Origin: Nitrospinaceae bacterium
Lineage (GTDB): Bacteria; UBA8248
Assembly: GCA_018669005.1 (NCBI GenBank)
Contig: JABJAL010000034.1
Location: 2,298-66,297, forward strand
Length of the DNA stretch: 64,000 nucleotides
Direction: 5' to 3'
Shown: piece by piece, positions 1 through 9,289 of the stretch
How positions within the stretch are numbered: the stretch's first letter is position 1
How the letters are laid out: the number at the start of each line of letters is the position of its first letter
Translations under genes and position numbers: made by a program
Notes under the pieces: model-generated
Seen by the model: the letters and a program-made list of their open reading frames with translations, nothing else
Databases searched by the model: none
Told to the model about the DNA's origin: nothing

Positions 1-225
1 CATAGTTTTTTCCCTCAAGGGAGACAACGCCGTTCCCTTCCATCACGTAAATCAGTTGATGGGAGCCCGATAGCGGCTCTGCCTCGAAGCGCTCTCCCTC
101 GCCCAGCCAGCGGAGATGGGCCGCCATTTGCTCGGCCCCGCACAGAGCTTTACTCACCACCTCGGCGGCCACGCCTTGCTCTGAATTTTTTCGCTCGCAA
201 GCCGCAGTATCGATAAAAGTAATCA
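1..225 (-). CDS. cupin domain protein (truncated by window edge)
   Basis: Minus-strand ATG at 225 reads MITFIDTAACERK...YVMEGNGVVSLEGKNY, a cupin-like beta-barrel, and runs off the window start. Confidence 0.4.
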
Positions 226-236
226 TGGTTTTCTCC

Positions 237-650
237 TTAGCTCTGGACCCAGATTTTGCCGTCGATTTTCTCCCAGCGCAGATCGTCGTCCGTGCCCTCG
301 AGAATGGTCGTCTTGAACAGGTTCGGCACCTGGCATTCGAAATGGGTGGAATCTGCGGTGGCCCGGAGGCGATGTTTTTCCTCTGCAGGGATGAACACGA
401 GGGTGCCCGGCGAGATGGGCGTCACGCCCTCGTCGGTTTCGACGGTGCCCTCGCCCTCTAGGAAGAAATAAAAATGCTCGCAATTCTCGTGGTAGTGAAG
501 GGGGGAGGCGGCCCCTTTTTTGTAGCGGATGATTCCGGCCAGCATCGCATCGGTGTTCGCCAGCTCTTGGCTGACGAAAAAGATGCGCTCGCGTCCCGGT
601 GTGACAGAAACCAACTTGGGCAGTTCGTCTTGGTGGAAAAGGTAGGCCAT
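237..650 (-). CDS. cupin domain protein
   Basis: 137 aa with HYHENCEHFYFFLEGEGTV...GTLVFIPAEEKH, a two-His cupin motif. In tandem with the partial cupin at 1-225. Confidence 0.6.
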   Translation of the reverse strand: MAYLFHQDELPKLVSVTPGRERIFFVSQELANTDAMLAGIIRYKKGAASPLHYHENCEHFYFFLEGEGTVETDEGVTPISPGTLVFIPAEEKHRLRATADSTHFECQVPNLFKTTILEGTDDDLRWEKIDGKIWVQS

Positions 651-798
651 GGTTGCGTTCCTCCTGTGAAAAAAAGGATAAGTGCCGATGGGAGGTGTGG
701 CAATAAAAGTTGACGCAAAAAGAATACCCCAGCCGCACGCGGATTCCCATACGTGACCAGAATAGAAGTGTATTTCGGATTTCAGTGGTTATTCAGGC

Positions 799-1866
799 TT
801 AAGCGCCATTCGCGGCGAGAAACGCCTCCATCTCGACGGCCTTGCCCGTTTCCATGCTCTCGACGGCGGCGAGAATCACAGCAAGTGTTTCGACGCCCGC
901 TCGTGGATTGGCATCCGAGGGGCGGCCATCGCGCACCCAGCTAACGAACTCCTTGATTTCCTCGACGATCATATTCCCGTGCGTGAGATCGACGCTCTCG
1001 GGCTCTGCCTGATCTTTCCAGTGGATATTTAAATCGGTGATCGAATCAGCGTCGAGCAGCTTGATCAGGTAATCCTTCACATCGCCCTGGGGGAGGCGCA
1101 GGTTAAGCATAGCGTTGCCTTCGGTGCCCAGGAGGTTCAGGTGCCACCTTCGGGGGCAGAAATAGTAGCAGCCCAGATATGTCGTCGCCCCGGAGGTGTG
1201 CTCTAATATCGCGCCGGTAATGTCGGGCACCTCGGCGTCGATCAGGCGGGTGGCGCCGATGGCTTTTACTTTTTTAATGGGGCCGAGAAGAAGCATGGCG
1301 TTGAAGACATGATGAATGCCGAGCTGCATGAGCGGCCCACCCGGGCAATTGGCCGCGTAATAGTTCCAGTCATCGGGCGTCAGGCGTATACCCAGATCAT
1401 GTGACCAGTTCACTTCGCAGGCTACCGGCTGGCCCAGGTGGCCCTCGTCGAGCAAACGCTTGATGTGCCGGACGCCCGCCATGCAACGGGTTTCGTAGCC
1501 CATCTGCATTATTAGGCCGGCCTCCTCGACTTTTTTGGCGATCTCCACACCCTCGGCGATAGTCGGGGTAATCGGTTTTTCCATGAACAGATGCTTCCCG
1601 GCATCGATGGCGGCAAAGGCCTGTCCGCCATGAACGGTGGTCGATGAGAGGATAGCCACCGCATCGACTCGGGGATGAGCGAGAAGGTCCTCATAGCTTC
1701 CGACTGGCTCGCAACCATAGCGCCGGGCAAAATCCTCTCGGTTCTCTTGCGTGCGTGTGTAGCAAGCAGTGATATCGATGCCCTCGGTGTCCCGAATTCC
1801 GGGTCCGATGACTTCTGCCCACTTGCCTAAGCCGACGATTCCGACGCCGATGGATTTGTTCGACAT
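799..1866 (-). CDS. Gfo/Idh/MocA family NAD(P)-dependent oxidoreductase
   Basis: N-terminal GVGIVGLGKW Rossmann motif. EKPI motif and C-terminal alpha/beta domain typical of the family. Confidence 0.75.
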   Translation of the reverse strand: MSNKSIGVGIVGLGKWAEVIGPGIRDTEGIDITACYTRTQENREDFARRYGCEPVGSYEDLLAHPRVDAVAILSSTTVHGGQAFAAIDAGKHLFMEKPITPTIAEGVEIAKKVEEAGLIMQMGYETRCMAGVRHIKRLLDEGHLGQPVACEVNWSHDLGIRLTPDDWNYYAANCPGGPLMQLGIHHVFNAMLLLGPIKKVKAIGATRLIDAEVPDITGAILEHTSGATTYLGCYYFCPRRWHLNLLGTEGNAMLNLRLPQGDVKDYLIKLLDADSITDLNIHWKDQAEPESVDLTHGNMIVEEIKEFVSWVRDGRPSDANPRAGVETLAVILAAVESMETGKAVEMEAFLAANGA

Positions 1867-1996
1867 GAAAAGTCTCTCATTTTGAAAGGGAGGGAGTGTT
1901 TTTTTGTCTCCGAAACGGATAACATAGCGTTCATCCGCTGTGTGTCAAGGGTGGCGGGCGCAACATTCACCATAAACGAACGCACAAGGATGGAAT

Positions 1997-2599
1997 ATGG
2001 CTTTTAAGCTCGAACAAGAAGTGAACGAACATTTTACTCCCTTTTATCCCTATGTCGCGGACGAGGTGTTGGCTCAATTTGGAGGCACTGGGGGTCGCGT
2101 TCTCGAAATTGGCCCCTACGGACCAGGCGTAACGCTTGCGCTGGCCGAGAAATGTCCTGATTTATCTTTTGTCTGTGGCGACGACAACGACGAGGCGCTT
2201 TCCTACTTTCGGAAATGCGTGCGCAACGTGAAAATGAGCCGGCGGGTGGAAATTCTCAACATCGACAAGTACAGCCTGCTTTTTGATGCCGATACCTTCG
2301 ATCTGGTGATCTTCCGGGGTGGCTTGTTCTTCTGGGATGAACAAGAAAAAATTCTTGCAGAGATGAACAGGGTCCTAAAGCCGGGAGGTGTTGGTGCCCA
2401 CGGCGGGGGCTTTGGCGCGGGCGCGCCCGATGAGCTAATCGAGTCTCTTCTGCCTAAGGCCCGTGAGCTGAACAGCAAGCTCGACAAAAAAAGGCTCTCC
2501 GAGGAAGATGTGAAAAGTATTGCGAAGAAGGCAAATATCAACTCTGATGTGCGCATCGCCCGTGAGCACGGGCTATGGGTTTACTGGAAAAAGAGCTAA
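1997..2599 (+). CDS. class I SAM-dependent methyltransferase
   Basis: VLEIGPYGPG glycine-rich SAM-binding motif and LKPGGV motif. 200 aa. Confidence 0.6.
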   Translation: MAFKLEQEVNEHFTPFYPYVADEVLAQFGGTGGRVLEIGPYGPGVTLALAEKCPDLSFVCGDDNDEALSYFRKCVRNVKMSRRVEILNIDKYSLLFDADTFDLVIFRGGLFFWDEQEKILAEMNRVLKPGGVGAHGGGFGAGAPDELIESLLPKARELNSKLDKKRLSEEDVKSIAKKANINSDVRIAREHGLWVYWKKS

Positions 2600-2627
2600 G
2601 AGAATAACTTGGCGGCAAGAATAATTT

Positions 2628-2945
2628 TTAAGCCGCCTCGTTTCCTGTGCCTCCGGGTGGGCTCGAGCCTTCGGGTGTGGGTGAGTTACCTCTTTCCTCT
2701 TGTCCCAAGATGATTCTCGCGGCGCTCTCAAAGTCCCTAGGCACCATGATGTCCACCTTGCCGAGACCTGTTGAAGAAAATCCGTAGATTGAACTGGCGG
2801 ATTCGTAGCTGAGGTGGACTGGTATGTCCTCTGCCTCAAGCCGCCCTTTGAGGATGATCGCCTCGACCTGCCCACCCACGGTTTTTATGATGGGTAAGGC
2901 GGGCGGCTCAAGATTATTTCCGAGCCGGAATATCTTCTTCCACAA
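2628..2945 (-). CDS. DUF2007-like small protein (putative signal-transducing protein)
   Basis: 105 aa. The hydrophobic/acidic pattern (GQVEAIILKGRLEAEDIPVHL...VDIMVPRDFESAARIIL) resembles DUF2007. Confidence 0.35.
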   Translation of the reverse strand: MWKKIFRLGNNLEPPALPIIKTVGGQVEAIILKGRLEAEDIPVHLSYESASSIYGFSSTGLGKVDIMVPRDFESAARIILGQEERGNSPTPEGSSPPGGTGNEAA

Positions 2946-3387
2946 TGGATTTTCCCTTGGGGCCTAGGTTAATCGTCACGCGTGTTCGAAGAAGCGCCGA
3001 GCGGACGAAAATGGTGGCCGTCCAGCCGGGCTTATCAAACGTTAGCGCAGCCTCTTCTCTTTCGATGCTGTTGATGAGCTTCCAGCCGTGCTCGGACATT
3101 CTCTCTCGGTAGAAGGCAACGGTATCGTGGTAGTTTTTAAAGCCCGTGTAGACGAGTGTTCCGGCACGGGTGCCCGGTGTCTCGAATATGAAAGAATCGG
3201 AGGAGGACAGCGACAGGCCATTGGGGACCGGAAGATCGGCGAACCGGAATTTCTTGGGGTCGAGTGGTTTTTGGTCGGCGAATGGGTTAATGCCGTCAAA
3301 TGTTGAGCACCCTCCGACGAGGACGAGTAGCACCAAGGGCAACAGGGTTATCCATTTTTTGAATTGGCGCATAACTGAAAACTCCAC
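2914..3387 (-). CDS. hypothetical lipoprotein
   Basis: Signal peptide with LVGGCS lipobox. No recognisable catalytic motifs. Confidence 0.5.
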   Translation of the reverse strand: MEFSVMRQFKKWITLLPLVLLVLVGGCSTFDGINPFADQKPLDPKKFRFADLPVPNGLSLSSSDSFIFETPGTRAGTLVYTGFKNYHDTVAFYRERMSEHGWKLINSIEREEAALTFDKPGWTATIFVRSALLRTRVTINLGPKGKSIVEEDIPARK

Positions 3388-3542
3388 CTCATGGGGGGGC
3401 GTATAATCTCATTTGGGCGGGTAGACTACAAAGTATCCCCACGCGAAAATTGGTGCAACCCCGTTTTCGGGAATAGTGATGGTTTGCACGTAATTGAAAT
3501 GCTACCTTGGAGCTGTCCCGATTGCGCCGAAGGTGAAAGTAA

Positions 3543-4418
3543 ATGATTCGAAAACAATTTCATGTCCCGATTTTCATCGTCGCCGCCTCGCTCGCGGTTT
3601 CAGTGGCGGCGCATGCCCAGCCGGGAAATGGGTTGAAGGTTGAGTCTAATGGGATCCCGCTTAAAGCAACCGGTCCCACTGCCGCCTCGCCGTTTATCCT
3701 CGCACTTGATGCTGGCCATGGTGGCCGCGATACAGGTAGCCGGGGATCCGGTGCACTTCTCGAAAAAGATGTCACCCTCCGGGTAGTTAAACTACTTGCC
3801 GAGCGGCTAGGCCGTCGTCCCGAGATCAAGGTGGTTCTCACGCGTGAGGCAGACGCCGAGATTAGTGCTGTTCGAAGGGCGGCCATCGCGAATCACAACG
3901 GCTCGGCCCTCATGCTCTCGATTCAGGCCGATGCCTCCTGGCGGCCCGATGCACGTAATCCCTCAATCATAGTCGCCGCACCACAGCGCCCGCCCCGTGT
4001 GGAGGGTGAGGGGGACGATGCCCTGGCCCTAAGGTGGCAGCGTGGCCAGAACATTAACCTGGCTGGTAGCCGTCGATTCGCTCGCGGGATTCAAAAGCGG
4101 TTCGCAAAACTTCGGGGCGGGGAGAAGCCCTCGATACGCTCGCTACTTCCGCGCTCGCTTGAGGGGGCCAGGATGCCGGCCGTCTACATCAGCCTTGGGG
4201 TGATTTCGACGCCCGAGGAGGAGGCCCGCCTTCGAGAGATGGATGAAAAAAGCCCCTACATCGCCGCCATTGAGGCCGAAGTCGTTCGCTATGCGGGCCT
4301 GCCTGAAAAACTGCCCGAACCAGCCGAACCAACCGGCTCAGAGGCGGTTAAAGAAAAAGCCGAGCCTGAGGCGCTCGACGAAAGCAACGCCTTCCGCCCA
4401 CCTGACGGAGGGAACTAA
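3543..4418 (+). CDS. amiC: N-acetylmuramoyl-L-alanine amidase (Amidase_3 / AmiC family)
   Basis: Signal peptide. LDAGHGGRDTGSRG Zn-binding motif of the Amidase_3 family. Confidence 0.75.
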   Translation: MIRKQFHVPIFIVAASLAVSVAAHAQPGNGLKVESNGIPLKATGPTAASPFILALDAGHGGRDTGSRGSGALLEKDVTLRVVKLLAERLGRRPEIKVVLTREADAEISAVRRAAIANHNGSALMLSIQADASWRPDARNPSIIVAAPQRPPRVEGEGDDALALRWQRGQNINLAGSRRFARGIQKRFAKLRGGEKPSIRSLLPRSLEGARMPAVYISLGVISTPEEEARLREMDEKSPYIAAIEAEVVRYAGLPEKLPEPAEPTGSEAVKEKAEPEALDESNAFRPPDGGN

Positions 4419-4419
4419 C

Positions 4420-5172
4420 ATGAACCGCTCCCGCCGCTGGTGGATTCTCATCGTCTTACTCATCGGCGTAGCGATGTCGATCTTTTACCAGAATTATCTC
4501 TTGGACTATGTTGGCGATTTAGTGGAGCGGGGTCGGCGGGCGACATTTGGCGATCCGAAAAAGGCGCCTACCCTGGCGCCGACAGTCAAGCAGGTGATTT
4601 TTTATATGAGCCCGAGGAGCGATAAACTTCTCCGTGTCGAGAGAGATGTCGAGGAGGGCGGCACCTCCATAAATTCGGTGCGACGCACACTTGAGACCCT
4701 TGTCGCGGGCCCCAGGGAAGAGGACGCCGCCGTTCCCGTCGTGCCGCCAGGGGTGAAAATCCGCACCCTCTTTCCGGGACCCGGCTCGATCCTATATGTC
4801 GATTTTGACCGCAAATTCCGAGAAAATCACCCTGGTGGCGCATGGAGTGAACTTCTTACCGCCCAGGCGGTGGCGAATACGGTGCTCGCAAATTTTGGGA
4901 AAGTTTATGAAAAAGTCATCTTGTTGATAGAGGGACAGCAGGCCGAAACTATCGCCGGGGCGCTCACTATAGCCGGACCGCTCAAGTTCCGAGATGATCT
5001 CGTTGAGGCCTCGATTACTGAAACTGCCACTGAAGCCGAGACAAAGCCTGCGGCCCCAGCTGCGTCTCCTGCGCCGGTGGGTGTTCCCGATGCGCCGGTC
5101 TCTCCTGTGGGGGTTCCTTCTCAGCAGGAAAAACCCATCGGCCCTGTCGGTGCACCTCAGGGCGGTCGCTAG
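4420..5172 (+). CDS. GerMN domain-containing protein
   Basis: N-terminal TM helix. The GerM-like region (IFYMSPRSDKLLRVERDV...TLETLVAGP...IRTLFPGPGSILYVDF) is followed by a Pro/Ala-rich tail. The start ATG at 4420 is coupled to the amiC stop. Confidence 0.55.
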   Translation: MNRSRRWWILIVLLIGVAMSIFYQNYLLDYVGDLVERGRRATFGDPKKAPTLAPTVKQVIFYMSPRSDKLLRVERDVEEGGTSINSVRRTLETLVAGPREEDAAVPVVPPGVKIRTLFPGPGSILYVDFDRKFRENHPGGAWSELLTAQAVANTVLANFGKVYEKVILLIEGQQAETIAGALTIAGPLKFRDDLVEASITETATEAETKPAAPAASPAPVGVPDAPVSPVGVPSQQEKPIGPVGAPQGGR

Positions 5173-6611
5173 GGAGACTCAGGTTTTTTCGTCACCTCCT
5201 GGATCGACTCGCCCACCACTCCAGCCATCCAGGCAATCTCGTCCTCGCTCACGCAATAAGGCGGCATGAGTACCAGCACATCTCCCAGCGGGCGAATTGC
5301 CAGCCCGCGCCGTCTGGCGGCGAGAATCACCTGCCGGCCCATTCGCGCCTCGGGTGGGTAGGGCGATTTTGTTTCCCGATCTGCGACAAGCTCGATACCA
5401 GCCATGAAGCCTAGCCCTCGAACATCGCCCACGGCGGGAATCTGGCGGAGTAGTTCCAACTCTTTCCAGAGGCGGATGATTTTGGGTGCGAGCGTGTCGA
5501 GGGTTTTCTCGTTTTCGAATATCGAGAGATTTGCCAAGGCTGCGGCGCAGGCAAGCGGGTTGCCGGTATAGGAGTGGCCGTGAAAAAAAGTCCTCCCCTC
5601 GGCGGGCGCTCCCCGGAAGGCATCAAAGATCTCCTCGGTGGTGAGTGTCGCGGCGAGCGGTAGATACCCCCCCGTGATTCCTTTGGCGAGGCAGAGAATA
5701 TCGGGCGCTACGTTTTCGTGCTCTGAGGCGAACATGCGCCCGGTGCGGCCAAAGCCAGTGGCCACTTCATCCGCGATGAGAAGCACCCCCGACCGCGTGC
5801 AGGCTTCCCGCACCCGTCTCAGAAAGCCCTTGGGTTGGGGAATAATTCCCGCCGCGCCCTGGATCATCGGCTCGACGATGACGGCGGCAACCTCATCTGC
5901 GTGCTCTGTGATCAGCTGCTCGATATCATCGCCCGTGCAAACCGGGCAAGGAGAGTCCACAGCTCCTCTCGGGCAACGGTAGCAGTAGGGCGCCTCGGCC
6001 CGGAGGGTTTCAAAAAGCAGGGGCCGAAAAATGTCGTGAAAAAGCTCGATGCCGCCCACACTCACCGAGCCCACCGTGTCGCCGTGATAGGCCCTGTTCA
6101 GCGCGATGAATTTAGATTTTTCGGGCCGTGCCGGGGTTTTTTGTTTTTGATATTGAAAGGCTATCTTGAGGGCGACCTCGACGGCGGTGGAGCCGCTGTC
6201 TGAGTAAAAAACGCGTGAGAGGCCGGGGGGGGTGATGGCGGCGAGCTTTTCGGCCAGTTCGATGGCGCTGTCCTGGCCCATGCCGAGCATCGTGCTGTGG
6301 GCAATGCGGTCGAGCTGATGGCGGATTGCCTCATCGATCTCGGCGCGCCGGTGGCCGTGGATGTTTACCCAGAGGGACGAGACCCCGTCGAGATAGCGCT
6401 TGCCCTCGACATCGATGAGATAGGCCCCCTCACCGCGCTCGATGATGAGCGGCGGATCTTCTCGTTCCCACTCGTCCATCGGTGTGAAGGGGTGCCACAG
6501 ATGGCGATGGTCGCTCTCGGCGAGGCGGCGGAGGCGTTGTTCATCCTCCTCAGAAGGGCGTCTCGTCATGTTGCTAGGCACGCTGGGCGAGGATGACGCC
6601 TTCGAGCTCAT
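5169..6611 (-). CDS. bioA: adenosylmethionine-8-amino-7-oxononanoate aminotransferase
   Basis: HLWHPFTPM N-terminus and class III PLP aminotransferase body (SDSGSTAVEVALK...). The alternative start at 6569 avoids overlap with the upstream gene. Confidence 0.8.
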   Translation of the reverse strand: MSSKASSSPSVPSNMTRRPSEEDEQRLRRLAESDHRHLWHPFTPMDEWEREDPPLIIERGEGAYLIDVEGKRYLDGVSSLWVNIHGHRRAEIDEAIRHQLDRIAHSTMLGMGQDSAIELAEKLAAITPPGLSRVFYSDSGSTAVEVALKIAFQYQKQKTPARPEKSKFIALNRAYHGDTVGSVSVGGIELFHDIFRPLLFETLRAEAPYCYRCPRGAVDSPCPVCTGDDIEQLITEHADEVAAVIVEPMIQGAAGIIPQPKGFLRRVREACTRSGVLLIADEVATGFGRTGRMFASEHENVAPDILCLAKGITGGYLPLAATLTTEEIFDAFRGAPAEGRTFFHGHSYTGNPLACAAALANLSIFENEKTLDTLAPKIIRLWKELELLRQIPAVGDVRGLGFMAGIELVADRETKSPYPPEARMGRQVILAARRRGLAIRPLGDVLVLMPPYCVSEDEIAWMAGVVGESIQEVTKKPESP

Positions 6612-7353
6612 CGAAGTAGAGCAAGCCTTCCTCGGTGCGGGGATTCATCCAGTAGCGTATTGCAGGCGTGGGCTCGGCAAGAAAGCGCCTGAGATCGTCA
6701 CGAGCGGCATCATCTAGATGCGGGCGGTTCACCCACTCCTCAAAATCCATGCGCTTGCGAATGGTCTCGGTATAAAGAATTTTAAGGCCCGCATCCTCGA
6801 ACATCTCAACCAGCGCGGGCAGCGAGTCGCACCGATTGTGGCTCGGGTCGCGTACCTCCTCAAAATCGTTGTAGCGCTTTGCCTCGGGAGGCTCCTCGGG
6901 AGCGATGTTGTCGATATATATGAGCCTGCCATCGGGTTTTAAGACGCGGCCCATCTCCGAAATGGCTTTGGGCACATCCGAGAAGTGGTGCGGCGCGATA
7001 CGCACCGAGACCGTATCCACCGAGGCGTCCTGGAGTGCGATGCCCTCTGAATCGGTGCAGAGAAGCCGTGTGTTTGTAATCCCCTTATCGGCTCCGTTCT
7101 TTCGTGTGGACTCAAGCATGCTCAAGGTCAGATCGGAGGCAATTACCCACGCACACTTAGGCGCCATCTGGTAGGCCGTGTGGCCCGCGCCGGTCGCCAC
7201 ATCGAGGTGCACCCCGCCCTCGGGCCGGAGAATTTCTGCCGCGCGGGTGAGCGAGCTACTCTTGGCGTGGGGGGTGCTCGTGATGTAGTAGTCTGAGTCC
7301 CCGCTATAGATTTTCTGTACCTTTTCGCGCTGCTTGGCTGCCTCGTCGGTCAT
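6574..7353 (-). CDS. class I SAM-dependent methyltransferase (Methyltransf_11-like; possible BioC-like)
   Basis: LDVATGAGH SAM-binding motif and VLKPDGRLIY. Immediately upstream of bioA. Confidence 0.55.
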   Translation of the reverse strand: MTDEAAKQREKVQKIYSGDSDYYITSTPHAKSSSLTRAAEILRPEGGVHLDVATGAGHTAYQMAPKCAWVIASDLTLSMLESTRKNGADKGITNTRLLCTDSEGIALQDASVDTVSVRIAPHHFSDVPKAISEMGRVLKPDGRLIYIDNIAPEEPPEAKRYNDFEEVRDPSHNRCDSLPALVEMFEDAGLKILYTETIRKRMDFEEWVNRPHLDDAARDDLRRFLAEPTPAIRYWMNPRTEEGLLYFDELEGVILAQRA

Positions 7354-7472
7354 TTTTTATCCCATGATTGGTGGGTAAATCCGCGTCGTCTGGGAAGTAA
7401 CGCGTGTCGGGAGAATATCGCCGAATCCCGCGCACCTCAACCGGGGAGTGTGCCTGCAACCATGGCCCAGAG

Positions 7473-8750
7473 CTAGGGAGTGCCCGTTAACCATCTGAGG
7501 GGCCCGAGGCTGAGGGAGGCGAAGTAGGTGATAAGCGCCAGCGCCCCGAGCCTGAGGATGAGGAAGGGCAGCGTTGTTCGCCAAATTTCGCTCAAAGGCT
7601 TGCCGAAGCGGTTGCTCGCGATGAAGAGATTTAGCCCCACGGGTGGGGTGATGTAGCCGATCTCAAGGTTGGCCAGAAAAATAATCCCCAGGTGAACGGG
7701 GTGGATGCCGAATTCTTTTGCGATGGGAACAATGAGGGGCACGATGACGACGATTGCCGAGAAGATGTCCATCATGCAGCCCACGGCGAGGAGAAAAAGA
7801 TTGAGGCCGAGGAGGAAGGTGTAGCGGCTCGTCGAGAAGGAGCGGACGGCCTCGAGTATACGCTGGGGCGCTTCCTGATCGACCAGGTAGTTCGTCAACC
7901 CGAGCGAGGCGCCGAGGATCACCAGGATCACCCCGACGAGGATCATGCTTTCTCTCGCGATGGTGGGCACCTCGTCCCACAGGTCGAGATCGTGGAAGAC
8001 CCAGACCTCGACGATGAGCACATATAGCGCCGCCACCACCGAGGCCTCCGCCGGGGTGTAGAGCCCGCCATAAATTCCGCCGAGGATGAGCGCTGGAAGG
8101 GGAAGCTCCCAGCCTGCCTCTTTCAGCGCCGCCGAGAACTCGGGACGGGAAAACGGGGTCCGGGGCGCCTCGGTGCTCGCGATTTTCATGCAATAGATCG
8201 ACAGGATCAGGATCAGGAGAAATCCCGGGACGATCCCTGCGATGAAAAGATGATCGATATTCACCCCGGCGACGACGCCGTAGAGAATAAGCGGAAGACT
8301 TGGCGGAAAGAGCAGGCCGAGCCCCCCGCCCGTAGTCACCAGCCCCAGAGAGAAGCGCTCGGAGTAGCCGTCCTGAGTGAGCGCGGCAAAGAGCAGCCCG
8401 CCCAGCGCAACGATGGTCGCCCCCGATGCGCCCGAGAACGCGGTGAAAAAGGCGCAGGTTGCCAGTGTTACCAGCGCGAGCCCGCCCGGCATCCACCCCA
8501 GTGCCGCACGAGCCAGCCGGGTGAGTCGCCCCGGTGTCCCAGCCTCGGCCATGAGGAAGCCCGCGAATGTGAAAAAGGGGATTGCCAGCAGGGTCGGCGC
8601 GTCGGTCATGCGGTAGAGCTCGATGATGAATGCGGCCGCGCTAATCTCCTCTTCCCAAAAACCCCAGAGCGCGATCGCCGCGATGACGGTGAAAAGCGGC
8701 GCGCCAAGAAGCGCGAATGCGGCGAGGCCCACGCCACCGAGCGCGGTCAA
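7473..8750 (-). CDS. dctM: TRAP transporter large permease subunit (DctM)
   Basis: 425 aa polytopic membrane protein with a typical DctM N-terminus (LGAPLFTVIAAIAL...PFFTFAGFLMAEAG). Confidence 0.8.
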   Translation of the reverse strand: MTALGGVGLAAFALLGAPLFTVIAAIALWGFWEEEISAAAFIIELYRMTDAPTLLAIPFFTFAGFLMAEAGTPGRLTRLARAALGWMPGGLALVTLATCAFFTAFSGASGATIVALGGLLFAALTQDGYSERFSLGLVTTGGGLGLLFPPSLPLILYGVVAGVNIDHLFIAGIVPGFLLILILSIYCMKIASTEAPRTPFSRPEFSAALKEAGWELPLPALILGGIYGGLYTPAEASVVAALYVLIVEVWVFHDLDLWDEVPTIARESMILVGVILVILGASLGLTNYLVDQEAPQRILEAVRSFSTSRYTFLLGLNLFLLAVGCMMDIFSAIVVIVPLIVPIAKEFGIHPVHLGIIFLANLEIGYITPPVGLNLFIASNRFGKPLSEIWRTTLPFLILRLGALALITYFASLSLGPLRWLTGTP

Positions 8751-9280
8751 CTTTTCGTCTCGCTTTTGTCGTCTGTCTTATCTGGGCGGCCCAGCAGCGA
8801 GGCGCCCAAAAATCGAGCGGCCATGACCGCGAATCCGACCGGAAGTATTAGTTGAAAAACCCAGGCCGGAAAAACACCCGCTATCCGGCTCCCCGCGTCG
8901 TATTCACCTATGAGGAAAAGTAGCGAGGCTCGCGCCAGCAGTGCGCAGACAAGGGCGGCGAAAAGGTCGGTCAGACGCCTGGCGGGTTTTGCCCAGTGGG
9001 GCGAAATGAGCCTTGAGACGATATCGATTTCAATGTGGCGCCCGGCCCCGCGTACGGCGAGCGATGCGCCCAGCAGACCAAGCCATAAAAGCCCTTGTCT
9101 TAAAAGAAGGTCGGCCCCGAGGATGCCGGTGTGAAACAGGTTGCGCAGAACAACCTGAATGAACCCGGTGATAAGCATGACGAAGAGAAGGGTGATGAGG
9201 GCGATGCCTTCCCATCCCGCCAGCGTGTCGTCAAACGACTCCCAGCGCTCGCGAATTGATGAGTATTTTCGGCCTTCCAC
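8747..9280 (-). CDS. dctQ: TRAP transporter small permease subunit (DctQ)
   Basis: 177 aa with 4 TM helices. Overlaps the dctM start by 4 nt. Confidence 0.7.
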   Translation of the reverse strand: MEGRKYSSIRERWESFDDTLAGWEGIALITLLFVMLITGFIQVVLRNLFHTGILGADLLLRQGLLWLGLLGASLAVRGAGRHIEIDIVSRLISPHWAKPARRLTDLFAALVCALLARASLLFLIGEYDAGSRIAGVFPAWVFQLILPVGFAVMAARFLGASLLGRPDKTDDKSETKS

Positions 9281-9289
9281 GGCTCAGAA

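Noticed and set aside
223-750. 175-aa minus-strand ORF overlapping both cupin genes
   Set aside because: Different frame from the motif-bearing cupin ORFs. Arg/Pro-rich composition typical of high-GC antisense or alternate-frame artefacts.
2611-2637. ggcggc...gccgcc hairpin between convergent methyltransferase and DUF2007 genes, as a possible terminator
   Set aside because: The 15-nt loop is too large. The 3' arm overlaps the minus-strand stop codon, and there is no clear U-tract.
4243-5172. Long 309-aa version of the GerMN ORF starting inside amiC
   Set aside because: The upstream 59 codons overlap the amidase 3' end and encode Pro/Lys-rich sequence. ATG at 4420 follows the amiC stop with a proper spacing.
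7663-8496. 277-aa Arg/Pro/Gly-rich ORF
   Set aside because: Lies entirely within dctM, which has clear permease homology, in a different frame. Composition artefact.
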